DNA of 64,000 bases from an uncultured Solirubrobacterales bacterium (lineage in GTDB: Bacteria; Actinomycetota; Thermoleophilia; Solirubrobacterales; 70-9): the NCBI GenBank assembly GCA_963839875.1, contig CAWIWP010000004.1, positions 86,664 through 150,663 on the forward strand, written 5' to 3'. The translations under genes were made by a program, and so were the position numbers. This document shows positions 20,078 to 30,259 of this stretch, piece by piece (position 1 is the first letter of the stretch; each line of letters begins with the position of its first letter). The notes beneath the pieces were generated by a model. The model saw only the letters and a list, made by a program, of their open reading frames with translations. It was not told where the DNA came from and did no database searches.

Positions 20078-20888
20078 GCAGCAGGAAGAAGAAGGCAGAG
20101 GACCCGGTAGAGCGGATCGCCGCCGCCGGCGAGCGGTGGCGCAGGACCGGCCGCCGGATCAACCGCGACCCGACCTGCTCACCATCGTCCGCTCGCTGCG
20201 GGCCGTCCTGCCCGGGGACGGGCGGGTGGCCGACCCCACCGAGCTCGGCGCCGAGAGCCAGCCGAAGGCCGTCAATAGGATGCTCTCCGAGATCAGCACC
20301 ACCCGCCCCGGCGTGCTCGGCGAAGCCGGCCTCGGGACTCTCCAGGTCTGGCAGTCCATCTCCGAGGCGCAGGGGCGCGGGCGCGGGCGCACCGACCTCG
20401 CGATCGTCTTCACGGACCTGGTGGAGTTCTCGACCTGGGCGCTCGAGGCCGGCGACACGGCCGCGGTCAACCTGCTGCGCGACGTCAGCGTGGCGATCGA
20501 GCCGCCCGTGAAGTCCCAGGGCGGGACCGTCGTGAAGCGCCTGGGCGACGGGATGATGGCTGTGTTCAAGGAGCCGGGCGCGGCGCTGGAGGCGATCACC
20601 GAGGGCCGCGAGCGGCTCGCCGAAGTCGAGGCCGACGGCTACTCGCCCCAGATCCGGGCGGGGGTGCACGTCGGCCGGCCGCGCAAGGTCGGCAAGGACT
20701 ACTTCGGGATCGACGTCAACATCGCCGCGCGCGTCGCGGACGGAGCCGGCCCGGGAGAGATCCTGATCTCCGACGCCACTCTGGCGGCGGCCACCGAGGA
20801 CGAGGTGAAGTTGAGCCTGGAGGAGCGCCCGCTGCTCGACGCCAAGGGCGTCCCCGAGGACTTCAAGGTGTACGCCGTCACGGGCTGA
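20064..20888 (+). CDS. Class III adenylate/guanylate cyclase; 5' end uncertain
   Basis: Catalytic core DLAIVFTDLVEFSTWALE...VKRLGDGMMAVFK...IRAGVHVGRPRKVGKDYFGIDVNIAARV. The first ~30 codons from ATG 20064 use rare codons (aga, gga, caa, cga). The frame starting at GTG 20074 (GTGA overlap with the MerR stop) reads VSSRKKKAEDPVERIAAAGERWRRTGRRINRDP with good codon usage. This suggests a 1-nt deletion near 20165. Confidence 0.8.
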   Translation: MASREQQEEEGRGPGRADRRRRRAVAQDRPPDQPRPDLLTIVRSLRAVLPGDGRVADPTELGAESQPKAVNRMLSEISTTRPGVLGEAGLGTLQVWQSISEAQGRGRGRTDLAIVFTDLVEFSTWALEAGDTAAVNLLRDVSVAIEPPVKSQGGTVVKRLGDGMMAVFKEPGAALEAITEGRERLAEVEADGYSPQIRAGVHVGRPRKVGKDYFGIDVNIAARVADGAGPGEILISDATLAAATEDEVKLSLEERPLLDAKGVPEDFKVYAVTG

Positions 20889-20916
20889 CCCGCCCGCCTC
20901 TGGTTACCGTGGCGGC

Positions 20917-21327
20917 ATGGACGACTCGCTGCGCATCAACGACAAGCTCACGATCCCGATGGGAGAGATCGAGCTGCGCGCGAGCCGCTCCTCGGGTCCC
21001 GGAGGCCAGCACGCGAACGTGACCTCGTCGCGGATCGAGGCCGTATTCGACGCCGAGACGTCGCCGACGCTGAGCGACTCCCAGCGAGCCCGAATCATCG
21101 AGAGGCCCGGCACGAAGGTCACCGCCGTCTCACAGGACGCCCGCAGCCAGGCGCGCAACCGCGAGCTCGCCCTGGAGCGGCTCGCCGAGAAGCTCGCAGC
21201 CGCCGTGCACAAGCCGAAGCGCCGCAGGCCGACCCGGCCGGGACGGGCGGCCAAGGAGCGCCGCCTGGAGGGCAAGAAGCGCCAGTCCCGGCGCAAGGCC
21301 GAGCGCCGCCGGCCGGACTTCGACTGA
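20917..21327 (+). CDS. arfB: Alternative ribosome-rescue factor ArfB (peptidyl-tRNA hydrolase, GGQ domain plus basic tail)
   Basis: 136-aa [24 protein letters not shown]. Basic C-terminal tail KPKRRRPTRPGRAAKERRLEGKKRQSRRKAERRRP. Confidence 0.85.
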   Translation: MDDSLRINDKLTIPMGEIELRASRSSGPGGQHANVTSSRIEAVFDAETSPTLSDSQRARIIERPGTKVTAVSQDARSQARNRELALERLAEKLAAAVHKPKRRRPTRPGRAAKERRLEGKKRQSRRKAERRRPDFD

Positions 21328-21353
21328 ACCGCGCGCACCGGCGCGCTCCACGC

Positions 21354-23930
21354 CTACTCGTAGCTGAGCGCGCGCACCACGTCCAGGCGCGCGGCGCGGC
21401 GGGCGGGCAGGATCGATGCGATCAGGCCCAGGACGATCGCCGCGGCCGCGACGCCGAACATCGTCGCCAGCGGCGGCGTGTAGGTGACGCCCGGGATCCC
21501 GAACGAGAGCCCCTTGAGTAAGGCGAAGCCCAACCCGGCGCCGATCACGATTCCCATCGCCGCGCCGATCAGCGCGATCACCAGGCTCTCGGCGGCGATC
21601 ATGCGCCGGATCTGCCAGCGGGTCGAGCCGAGGGCGCGGAGCACGCCGATCTCGCGGGTGCGCTCGATGACCGACATGGCGAGGGTGTTGATGACGCCGA
21701 AGAGGCTGACGAAGATCGCGACGCCGACCAGGGCGTTGAAGATCCCGAAGGTCTGGTTCAGCTGGTCCTCCACCTGTGACTTGAGCTCGTCGTTCGAGAG
21801 CACGGTCAGGTTCGGGTAGTCGGCGTCGATGATCTTCTCGACGGCGGCCTCGAGCTCGTCGCGCTGGTCCTCGGAGGCGGCCTTGATCGCGAGGTCGGAG
21901 TCCGCGTCCACCCCGTAGGCGTCCTCGATCGTCTTCAGCGACATCCCCACCGTCTGCCCCCCTGCGAACACGGTCTCGACGATGCCGGCGGTCTTCGCCC
22001 TCCTGGTGCCCGACGGGCCCTCGATCAGGATCTCCTCGCCCACCTCGATCCCCGCCTCGTCGGCGTAGCCGCGGCCGATCGAGACCTGGCCGCGGCCGAT
22101 CCGGCGGAAGAACTCAGCCTCCGAGGCGCCGCCGGCATCGAAGTCGGTGGCATCCACCTTTGCGTACACGGCCGGGTCGAACGCGAAGACGATCCCGGCG
22201 GGGCCGCTCTTCTCGGACTCGGGCCGCGGCAGGTCGTTGAGGTAGAGGAAGCGCTCGGGCGTCACCGTCCCGGCCTCGGGCAGCTTCGCGATCCGGCCGG
22301 CGACCCCCGCGGCGATGGTCTGCTGGGGGCCCTGGCCGGGCGAGAGGCCGCGCGGCTGGACGGTCAGGTCCCGGCGGAAGCTCTGGTCGAACTCCCTCTC
22401 GATCGAGTTCAGGAAGCTGGCGCCGAGGCTGTTGATCCCCACCACGAGCGCCAGGCCGATCATCAGCGCCGTCGCGGTCGCCGCCGTCCGGGCGGGGTTC
22501 GAGCGGGCGGAGTCCGCCGCGATCCGGCCCTCGACGGGCGTCAGCTTTCGCACCGGCCAGGAGAGCACGCGTGTGAGCGGCTCGATCAGGAACGGGGCGA
22601 TCAGCGCGATCCCGAAGAAGATCGCGATCGTGCCTCCGATGCCGGCCGCGACCACCGCGTTCGTCGTCTCGTCGGCGGCGCCGAGCCGGAAGGCGCCGAA
22701 CAGGCCCGGGACGATCAACGCGAAGCCGATCACCGCGCGGCTCACCGGCGGGCGGTCGCGCAGGCCCTCTGCGCCGAGGACCGCGCGGATCGGCGCGATG
22801 CGACCGGCGCGGCGGGCCGGGTTCAGCGCCCCGAGCAGGGCGGTGATGACGCCTGTGGAGACGGCGGCGATGAACGCGATCGGCGTCAGCTCGAGCGAGC
22901 CGATCGGGAACCCGATCGAGCGCATCAGGGCGATGAGAGCGAGCGCCAGCAGGAGGCCCAGCCCAAGCCCGATCGGTGCGCCGATCAGCCCCATGGCCCC
23001 CGCCTCGGCGAGCACCGAGCGCACGATCATCGGCCGGGTCGCGCCAAGCGTGCGCTGCATCCCGATCTCGCGCATTCGCTGGAGCACGGTCATGTTGAAG
23101 CTGTTGAAGATCAGGAAGCCGCCGACGAACAGGGCCATGCCCGCGAAGAAGTAGAGGACGATGTTCAGCGCCTGGACCTGGTCCTGGACGTCCTCGCCCT
23201 TGGACTGGGGCGTCGAGACGTCCACCCCCTTTCCGAACTCCGCGACCAATCGCTTCTGGACGGCCTCGATCGACGGGGAGTCCTCGGTGTCGACGACCAC
23301 CTGGACCTCGTCGAAGGCGCGCGGCTTGTCGAAGGCCTTGCGCGCGGCGGGCAGCGGGATCGAGCCGAAGCCCTCGCCGCCGAAGTCGAGCCCGTTGGAG
23401 AACCGGAAGAGGCCGACGACCTCCACCTTCAGCACGCCGCTGGGGGCCGCGAGCTCGATCCGGTCGCCCACGTCGAGCCCGTTCGACTCCGCCCAGCTCT
23501 CCTCGACTCGGATCTCGCGGCCGCCCTCGATGTCCCGGCCCTCGGTCAGCCGGGAGTCGGTGAGGTCCTCTCCCGGCTCGATCCCGACCGTGTTCAGGGT
23601 CGAGCCGGCGCCTTCGGCGACGTCCCCGTCCTCGATCAGCGACAGGACCGAGAAGATGTTGCCGCTCGCCTGCTCGACTCCGTCCACCCCCCGCGCCCGA
23701 TCCAGCGCGGAAGGGGCCAGCGAGCCGCTCGACTCCGAACCCGAGACGATCAGGTCGGTCTCGCCGTAGACGGAGTCGTAGAGGTCGGTGAAGGTCCGCT
23801 GGATCGTCGCCGCCAGCAGGATGACGCCGCAGATCATCCCCACGCCGAGAACGATTCCGGCCGCTGTCAGCAGCAGGCGCAAGCGGCGGGTGCGCAGCTG
23901 CCGCAGCGCCAGCCCGTAGTAGGACCTCAT
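21354..23930 (-). CDS. ABC transporter permease with two FtsX domains (MacB-like)
   Basis: 858-aa intact ORF. Two TM clusters, each followed or preceded by a large extracytoplasmic region. FtsX-type motifs RTREIGVLRALGSTRWQIRRM and RMREIGMQRTLGATRPMIVRS. Confidence 0.85.
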   Translation of the reverse strand: MRSYYGLALRQLRTRRLRLLLTAAGIVLGVGMICGVILLAATIQRTFTDLYDSVYGETDLIVSGSESSGSLAPSALDRARGVDGVEQASGNIFSVLSLIEDGDVAEGAGSTLNTVGIEPGEDLTDSRLTEGRDIEGGREIRVEESWAESNGLDVGDRIELAAPSGVLKVEVVGLFRFSNGLDFGGEGFGSIPLPAARKAFDKPRAFDEVQVVVDTEDSPSIEAVQKRLVAEFGKGVDVSTPQSKGEDVQDQVQALNIVLYFFAGMALFVGGFLIFNSFNMTVLQRMREIGMQRTLGATRPMIVRSVLAEAGAMGLIGAPIGLGLGLLLALALIALMRSIGFPIGSLELTPIAFIAAVSTGVITALLGALNPARRAGRIAPIRAVLGAEGLRDRPPVSRAVIGFALIVPGLFGAFRLGAADETTNAVVAAGIGGTIAIFFGIALIAPFLIEPLTRVLSWPVRKLTPVEGRIAADSARSNPARTAATATALMIGLALVVGINSLGASFLNSIEREFDQSFRRDLTVQPRGLSPGQGPQQTIAAGVAGRIAKLPEAGTVTPERFLYLNDLPRPESEKSGPAGIVFAFDPAVYAKVDATDFDAGGASEAEFFRRIGRGQVSIGRGYADEAGIEVGEEILIEGPSGTRRAKTAGIVETVFAGGQTVGMSLKTIEDAYGVDADSDLAIKAASEDQRDELEAAVEKIIDADYPNLTVLSNDELKSQVEDQLNQTFGIFNALVGVAIFVSLFGVINTLAMSVIERTREIGVLRALGSTRWQIRRMIAAESLVIALIGAAMGIVIGAGLGFALLKGLSFGIPGVTYTPPLATMFGVAAAAIVLGLIASILPARRAARLDVVRALSYE

Positions 23931-23961
23931 CCCAGTGTTCGCGTTCCGCTTCGCTTCACGC

Positions 23962-24768
<807 letters not shown>

Positions 24769-24795
24769 GGGGCTCGGGATCTTAGGGAGGCGGGT

Positions 24796-25815
24796 CTACG
24801 GGCCGCCCAGCTTGGCCTTCAACGCGTCGATCGCCTCGATCGGCGTCGGGTCGACCCCGTGGCGCGCGGCGAGGTGGAGCGAGAGCAGGTCGCCCAGCAT
24901 CACGAGTTCGAGCAGCCTCGCGGTGCGGGTCTCACCCTCGGCGCCGACGCGGATCACGGCGGCGGCGTGGGGCTCGATCAGCTCGCCGGTCGCGTCGAAG
25001 CGGCGCAGCTCGCGCGGGTGCTGGTCGGTGTCGGAGAGCATCACGCAGGCGAGGCGCTCCCGGGAGCCCTCCCAGCCGGCGATCTCGTTGTGGCTCGCCT
25101 CGGGCAGGGGTGACGAGAACGCCGGGAGCTTCGCGTTCTCGTTGACCTGGGTCTTCCACCGGTAGGCGACGGGGCTGGTCAGCCCCGCTCCGTAGAAGAC
25201 GGGAACGGCGTCGCCGATCTGGTCGGCGATCTCCGAGGCCCGGGCCTCGATCGCATCGGCGCGGCTCTCGAGCTGTGCCGCGGCGGCGTCGATGTCGGTG
25301 TGGATCGCGGGGGCGCCTTCGGCGATCGCAGCCAGCTCGCACGCAACGCAGAACATGTATCCGACCGCGGCCCGGGGAGGCATCCCCGACGGCAGGCCGA
25401 CGACGGGCACGCCGTCGGCTCGCGCCGAGTCCGCGAGCTGGCCGCCCGTGGTCGCGACGATGCGCCCGGCGCCGAGCGCCTCGGCGGCCGCGTAGCAGGC
25501 GAGGGTCTCCTCTGTGTTGCCCGAGTAACTCGAGCAGAGGACGGCGGCGCCGGCGGGCGCCCACGAGGGAAGCTCGTAGCCGCGGACCGTGAGCAGCGGC
25601 TTGGTCAGCCGCTCGCCGATGGCGGCGACGGCCAGGTCGCCGCCGATCGCCGAACCGCCCATGCCGCAGACGATCGCGGCCGAGGCCTCGGGCATCGGCT
25701 TCAGGCGAGCGCTCTCGATCCGCCAGAGGGCGTCACGGAGGTGGTCGGGCATCGCGAGGACGGTGTCGGTGAGGCCCTCCGAGTCGAGGGCGCGGATGTC
25801 GGCGCTGCCGCTCAC
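24796..25815 (-). CDS. Bifunctional phosphoglucose/phosphomannose isomerase (SIS domain)
   Basis: VSGSADIRALDSEGLTDTVLAMPDHLRDALW...IVCGMGGSAIGGDL...SYSGNTEETL...YRWKTQVNENAK...PEASHNEI. GTG 25813-25815 overlaps the upstream stop (GTGA). Confidence 0.8.
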   Translation of the reverse strand: MSGSADIRALDSEGLTDTVLAMPDHLRDALWRIESARLKPMPEASAAIVCGMGGSAIGGDLAVAAIGERLTKPLLTVRGYELPSWAPAGAAVLCSSYSGNTEETLACYAAAEALGAGRIVATTGGQLADSARADGVPVVGLPSGMPPRAAVGYMFCVACELAAIAEGAPAIHTDIDAAAAQLESRADAIEARASEIADQIGDAVPVFYGAGLTSPVAYRWKTQVNENAKLPAFSSPLPEASHNEIAGWEGSRERLACVMLSDTDQHPRELRRFDATGELIEPHAAAVIRVGAEGETRTARLLELVMLGDLLSLHLAARHGVDPTPIEAIDALKAKLGGP

Positions 25816-26837
25816 TGGCCGACGGTCTCCCCCGCAGCGAGCACGGCATCGCCGAGCCCAGCGTCGGGTTCGACCTTGCTGTCGGACGACAGGATCGAGC
25901 CGCTGACCCTTGCGTCCTCTCCGACGACGCATCGGGAAAGCAGGACCGAGCCGGTGATCTCGGCCCGCGCCCCGACAGTGCAGTCCGGCCCGACGACCGC
26001 GCGCGGCCCGATCACCGCGCCGGCGGCGACGGACGTCCCGCTGCCCACCATCGCCGGGGCCTCGAGGCTGGCGTCATCGTGCACGTCGGCGCCGTCCTCG
26101 ACCAGAAGGCCGTCGCGGACGCGCTCGCCGGTCGCGGTCTTGACCCTCCCCTCGAGGATGTCCCAGCTCGCCTGCAGGAAGCGGTCGGGTGTCCCGATGT
26201 CCATCCAGTAGCCCTCCAAGCGGCGACCGTACAGGCCCTCGCCCACCAGGCGCGGGAAGACCTCGCGCTCGATCGAGACGGCGACGCCGGGCTCGATCAG
26301 GTCGAGAACCGATCGCTCCAGGAGGTACGCCCCGGCATTGATCTCGTCGGTGTCGATCTCGGAGGGGTCGGGCTTCTCGAGGAATTCGAGGACCTCGCCG
26401 TCCTGCTCGCGGCGAACGAGGCCGTAGGCGGTCGGGTCGGCGACCGGGTAGAGGGCGATCGTCGCCCGCGCCCCGGTCTCCTCGTGCTGGCGGACCATCG
26501 CCGTCAGGTCGAGGTCGCAGAGGACGTCGCCGTTCAGGACGAAGAAGCGGTCTCCCAGCTGGTCCTCCGCGAAGCGGATCGCACCGGCAGTGCCGCGGGG
26601 GTCTGGCTCGATCGCGAAGCTCACCTCGGGGCCGGTGATCCCGTCGACGGCCTCGCGCACCTCTTCGGCGAGGAAGCCGCACGAAACCACGACTTCGTCG
26701 ACGCCGTGCCCCGCGAGCCAGTCGATCATGTGCGCGATGTGGGGCCGCCCCGCAAGGGGCACCACGGGCTTCGGCACCGACGTGGTCAGCGGACGCAGGC
26801 GTGTCCCCTGGCCGCCGGCCAGGATCAGGGCCTGCAT
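25812..26837 (-). CDS. Mannose-1-phosphate guanylyltransferase-like nucleotidyltransferase
   Basis: MQALILAGGQGTRLRPLTTSVPKPVVPLAGRP...DPRGTAGAIRFA...VLNGDVLCDLDL...EFLEKP...YWMDIGTP. ATG 26835-26837 overlaps the ugd stop (TGATG). Confidence 0.85.
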   Translation of the reverse strand: MQALILAGGQGTRLRPLTTSVPKPVVPLAGRPHIAHMIDWLAGHGVDEVVVSCGFLAEEVREAVDGITGPEVSFAIEPDPRGTAGAIRFAEDQLGDRFFVLNGDVLCDLDLTAMVRQHEETGARATIALYPVADPTAYGLVRREQDGEVLEFLEKPDPSEIDTDEINAGAYLLERSVLDLIEPGVAVSIEREVFPRLVGEGLYGRRLEGYWMDIGTPDRFLQASWDILEGRVKTATGERVRDGLLVEDGADVHDDASLEAPAMVGSGTSVAAGAVIGPRAVVGPDCTVGARAEITGSVLLSRCVVGEDARVSGSILSSDSKVEPDAGLGDAVLAAGETVGQ

Positions 26838-28156
26838 CAGGTCGTCCCCGGCGCGCCCGGGTCCGCAGCTTCCCTCGAGGGCCGGCCGATCCCTTCGTAG
26901 GTGATCCCCGCAGCGACCAGGGCGTCGGCGTCGAGGAAGTTCCGGCCGTCGACGACGAGCGGGTTCGACATCCGCTTCGCGGCATCGTCCCAGGCGATCT
27001 CGGCGAACTCGGACCACTCGGTGACGAGCACGGCCGCGTCGGCGCCGTCCAGGGCATCGAGGGCCGAGTCCGCCATCTCGACGCCGGGGAGCATCTCCCC
27101 CGCGTTCCGGGCAGCGACCGGGTCGTAGGCCACGACCTTCGCCCCCTCGCCCTCTAGGCGGGCGGCGAGGACCAGGCTCGACGCCTCGCGCATGTCGTCG
27201 GTGTCGGGCTTGAAGGCGAGGCCGAGAAGCGCGACGCGCTTGCCCTGGAGCGAGCCCAGGTGCTTCGAGAGCTTCGAGGTCACGCGGCGCTTCTGGAGCT
27301 CGTTCACCTCGATCACCGAGCTCAGCAACTGGAAGTGGTAGCCGATGTTCCCCGCGAGCATCTTCAGCGCCTGGGTGTCCTTGGGGAAGCAGGAGCCGCC
27401 GAACCCGAGCCCAGCGCTCAGGAACTTGGGACCGATCCGCTCGTCCATCCCCATTCCGCGCGCGACCTCGGTCACGTCGGCGCCGACTTCCTCGCAGACG
27501 TTGGCGATCTCGTTGATGAAGCTGATCTTGGTCGCGAGGAACGCGTTGGACGCGAGCTTGATCATCTCGGCACTCGAGACGTCGGTGCGGACGATCGGGG
27601 CGCCGGTACCGGCCTCGTATGCCGCGGCGACGGCGTCGGCGGCCCACCCGTCCCCGGCGTCGGCTCCGATCACGACGCGGTCGGGGTGCAGGAAGTCCTG
27701 GACGGCCGACCCTTCGCGCAGGAACTCGGGGCACGCGACGTATGCGAGCCCATCCGCGCGCGCGGCGATCGTGCGGCCGGTGCCGACCGGCACGGTGCTC
27801 TTCATCACCAGCGCCCGCTCGGCGCCCTCGCCGATCTCCTCGACCGCCCGCATCACTGCGCTCAGGTCGGCGTCACCCGAGTAGGTGGGCGGCGTCTCGA
27901 CGCAGACGAAGACGAGTCGGCATGCCTCGAGCAGGTCGCTCATCTCGAGCGTGAAGTCCAGGCGCTCGGAGTTCTTCGTGATCAGCTCCGAGAGACCGGG
28001 CTCGTGGATCGGGATCTCTCCGGCCCTGAGGGATTCGACCTTCTCGGGCACGATCTCGCGGACCACGACCTTGTGGCCGAGCTCGGCGAAGCAGGCGGCG
28101 GTGACCAGGCCGACCCAGCCGGCGCCGACGACACCTATCGGCTCTCGCTCGCTCAG
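26837..28156 (-). CDS. ugd: UDP-glucose 6-dehydrogenase, probable CTG start
   Basis: LSEREPIGVVGAGWVGLVTAACFAELGH...GGSCFPKDTQAL...LGLAFKPDTDDMREAS. The Rossmann GxGxxG begins 9 codons after CTG 28154-28156, which overlaps the LCP stop (CTGA). I see no in-frame ATG/GTG in the ~30 codons upstream that I read at DNA level. Confidence 0.85.
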   Translation of the reverse strand: MSEREPIGVVGAGWVGLVTAACFAELGHKVVVREIVPEKVESLRAGEIPIHEPGLSELITKNSERLDFTLEMSDLLEACRLVFVCVETPPTYSGDADLSAVMRAVEEIGEGAERALVMKSTVPVGTGRTIAARADGLAYVACPEFLREGSAVQDFLHPDRVVIGADAGDGWAADAVAAAYEAGTGAPIVRTDVSSAEMIKLASNAFLATKISFINEIANVCEEVGADVTEVARGMGMDERIGPKFLSAGLGFGGSCFPKDTQALKMLAGNIGYHFQLLSSVIEVNELQKRRVTSKLSKHLGSLQGKRVALLGLAFKPDTDDMREASSLVLAARLEGEGAKVVAYDPVAARNAGEMLPGVEMADSALDALDGADAAVLVTEWSEFAEIAWDDAAKRMSNPLVVDGRNFLDADALVAAGITYEGIGRPSREAADPGAPGTT

Positions 28157-30259
28157 TTCTGGTTCTCGCCGGCCTTGGGCAGCTCGGTCATGCCCTTGGC
28201 GATCTCGAGCATCTCGCGGTCCGAGAGTGACTGGGCGAGCGTGTTGGTCACCCAGAAGGAGCCCTCGTCTTCCTGCCAGGCGACCATCCGCAGCCGGTCT
28301 CCGTCGTAGAAGAACTTGTAGGTCCGGTCCCCGATCTCCCGCTCCTCGTCGGGGTTCTTGAGGATCGGCGGGTCCGACCAGCGGGTCCCCATGAAGCCGT
28401 AGTACTCGCCGAGGATGGGGCGCGAGAACACCCACTTGTAGGCGGCGCGCTCGGAATTCGGCGGAGCGTCCCCGCCGGTCCCGTTGATCTTGTAGACGCG
28501 CGGCTTCTGGTCGTAGTCCGTGCCGGACTCGAGCCGGGTCGGGTAGTACACGGGCAGCTTGATCTTGCGCGAGCGGACGCCCTTGGCGAGGTCCTTGCCG
28601 AACGTGGACTCGACGATGCCGGGGACGCCGCCGCCCCACCGCTGCCACCGGTGTCGCTTCCGCCATCGCTCTTGGCCTCCTTCTTCTCGTCCCCGGAGTC
28701 CGTGGCGTCGTCCTCGATCTCCGAGGAGTCGGGCGCGACATCGGGGACGCGCGAGGGATCCTCGGGCGCGGACGTTGAGGCGCGGGCGCCGGGGCTGTCC
28801 TCGAGGCCGAGGAACTGGGTGACGGCCTTGTTGATCTCCGCCTGGGTGGTCTCGACGAACGACGGGCCCAGGGTCCCCTCGAACTTGACCTGCTTCAGCG
28901 GGGCGTCGCGCGCCTCGATGAAGAGCTTCAGCACCTGGAGCATCGACTCGGCCGTGTCGATGTCCGAGGTCGTGTGCTCGGTGAAGATCGAGATGAGCTC
29001 CTTGCGCTCGGCGAAGAGCACCTCGGGCGGGACCTTCTGGCGCGCCTCGCGCAGGAAGTCCTGCTGGCGGGCGGCGCGGACCACGTCGTTGTCGGTGTGC
29101 CGGTAGCGCGCGTAGTCGAGAGCGTCGAACCCGCACAGCGCCTGGTAGCCGGGCTGGATGTCGATCTCCTCGTAGTCGTCGGCCTCCGAGAGGCTGTCGT
29201 CGTTCGTGTTGAAGTAGCGGCGGTCCACGTCGACATAGACGCACTCGAGCGCGTTGACGGCCCGGGCGAAGCCCTCGAAGTCGATGTTGACGACGTGGTT
29301 GATCTCCAGGCCGTCGGGGGTGGAGGGGGTCCGCGTCAGGTTCTGGACCGTGCGCAGGGTCAACTCGGGCCCGCCGTAGGCGTAGGCCTCGTTGAGCTTC
29401 GTGGAGCCGTAGCCGGGGATGTCCACCCGCAGGTCGCGGGGCAGGGAGAAGAGCGCGAGCGCGTTCCGGTCGGGGTCGACGCGGAGCAGCATCGTCGTGT
29501 CGGAGAGGCCGCGGAAGCTGTCGCCCTTCAGCTCCGGCCGCTTGTCGGAGCCGAGGATCATGATCGTCTGTGGTTCGCCGCCCTCGACGGTGTCGAGCCG
29601 GTTGGTGATCCCCTCGAACTCCTTGTCGGGGTCGAGCGCGGTGGCGATGTCGGAGAGGTAGAGCAGGAGGCTCGCCGAGGTGGCGGCCGCCACAGAGCTG
29701 ACGATCACGAGTCCCGCGGTGATGAAGCGGGCCCACATCGGGAAGCGGACCTTCTTGCCCACCGCCTGGAAGCCGGACGTGATCGCGGAGCCGGCCTGCG
29801 CGACGAGCGTCTTCTCGGGGTCGTCGTCGGCGTGCTCGTGCTCGTCCGTGAAGTCCTCATCCTGGTCCTCGTCCTCGTAGTCCTCGCCTCCGCCTCCGCC
29901 TCGATCCCGTCCCACTCCTCGGTCTCGGCGTTGATGATCTCCTCCAGCTCGGATTCCTCTTCGAGGGGCTCGTCGTCGGCTGACTCCTCCGCGACGGGCT
30001 CGTCGGCGCTGTCCTCCTCATCGTCATCGCGATCGGGCTCCCTGACGACCGTGTCCTCCTCGCCCGTGTCCCCGATCTCCTCGTGGTTGAAGACCTCGGC
30101 TCCCTCGCTCTCGACTTCGGCCTCATCGCCCTCGTCCAGGTCGGCGAGGAAGTCCTCGCCGAGCTCGTACTCCTGAGTTTCGCCGGCCGCGGCCTCCGGC
30201 TTCTTCTTCGGGGCGCGCTTCTTGGCCGCCTTCTTCTTCGGGGGCTTCTTGCCGGCCAT
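28153..30259 (-). pseudogene. LytR-CpsA-Psr (LCP) family cell-envelope phosphotransferase with long charged N-terminal tail and LytR_C domain; 2 frameshifts
   Basis: MAGKKPPKKKAAKKRAPKKK followed by ~110 D/E-rich residues, a TM helix FITAGLVIVSSVAAATSASLLLYL, then the LCP core IMILGSDKRPE...SDTTMLLRVDP...SLPRDLRVDIPGYGSTKLNEAYAYGG. After a shift in the C4 run 28634-28637: GVPGIVESTFGKDL...YGFMGTRWSDPPIL...WVTNTL. The second shift is near 29885-29893. Confidence 0.85.

Noticed and set aside
21331-21346. GCGCGC-accg-GCGCGC hairpin between convergent arfB and the FtsX permease gene, considered as a terminator.
   Set aside because: The 6-bp stem is perfect but there is no U-tract on either strand. 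In DNA this GC-rich such palindromes arise easily, so I cannot support the call.
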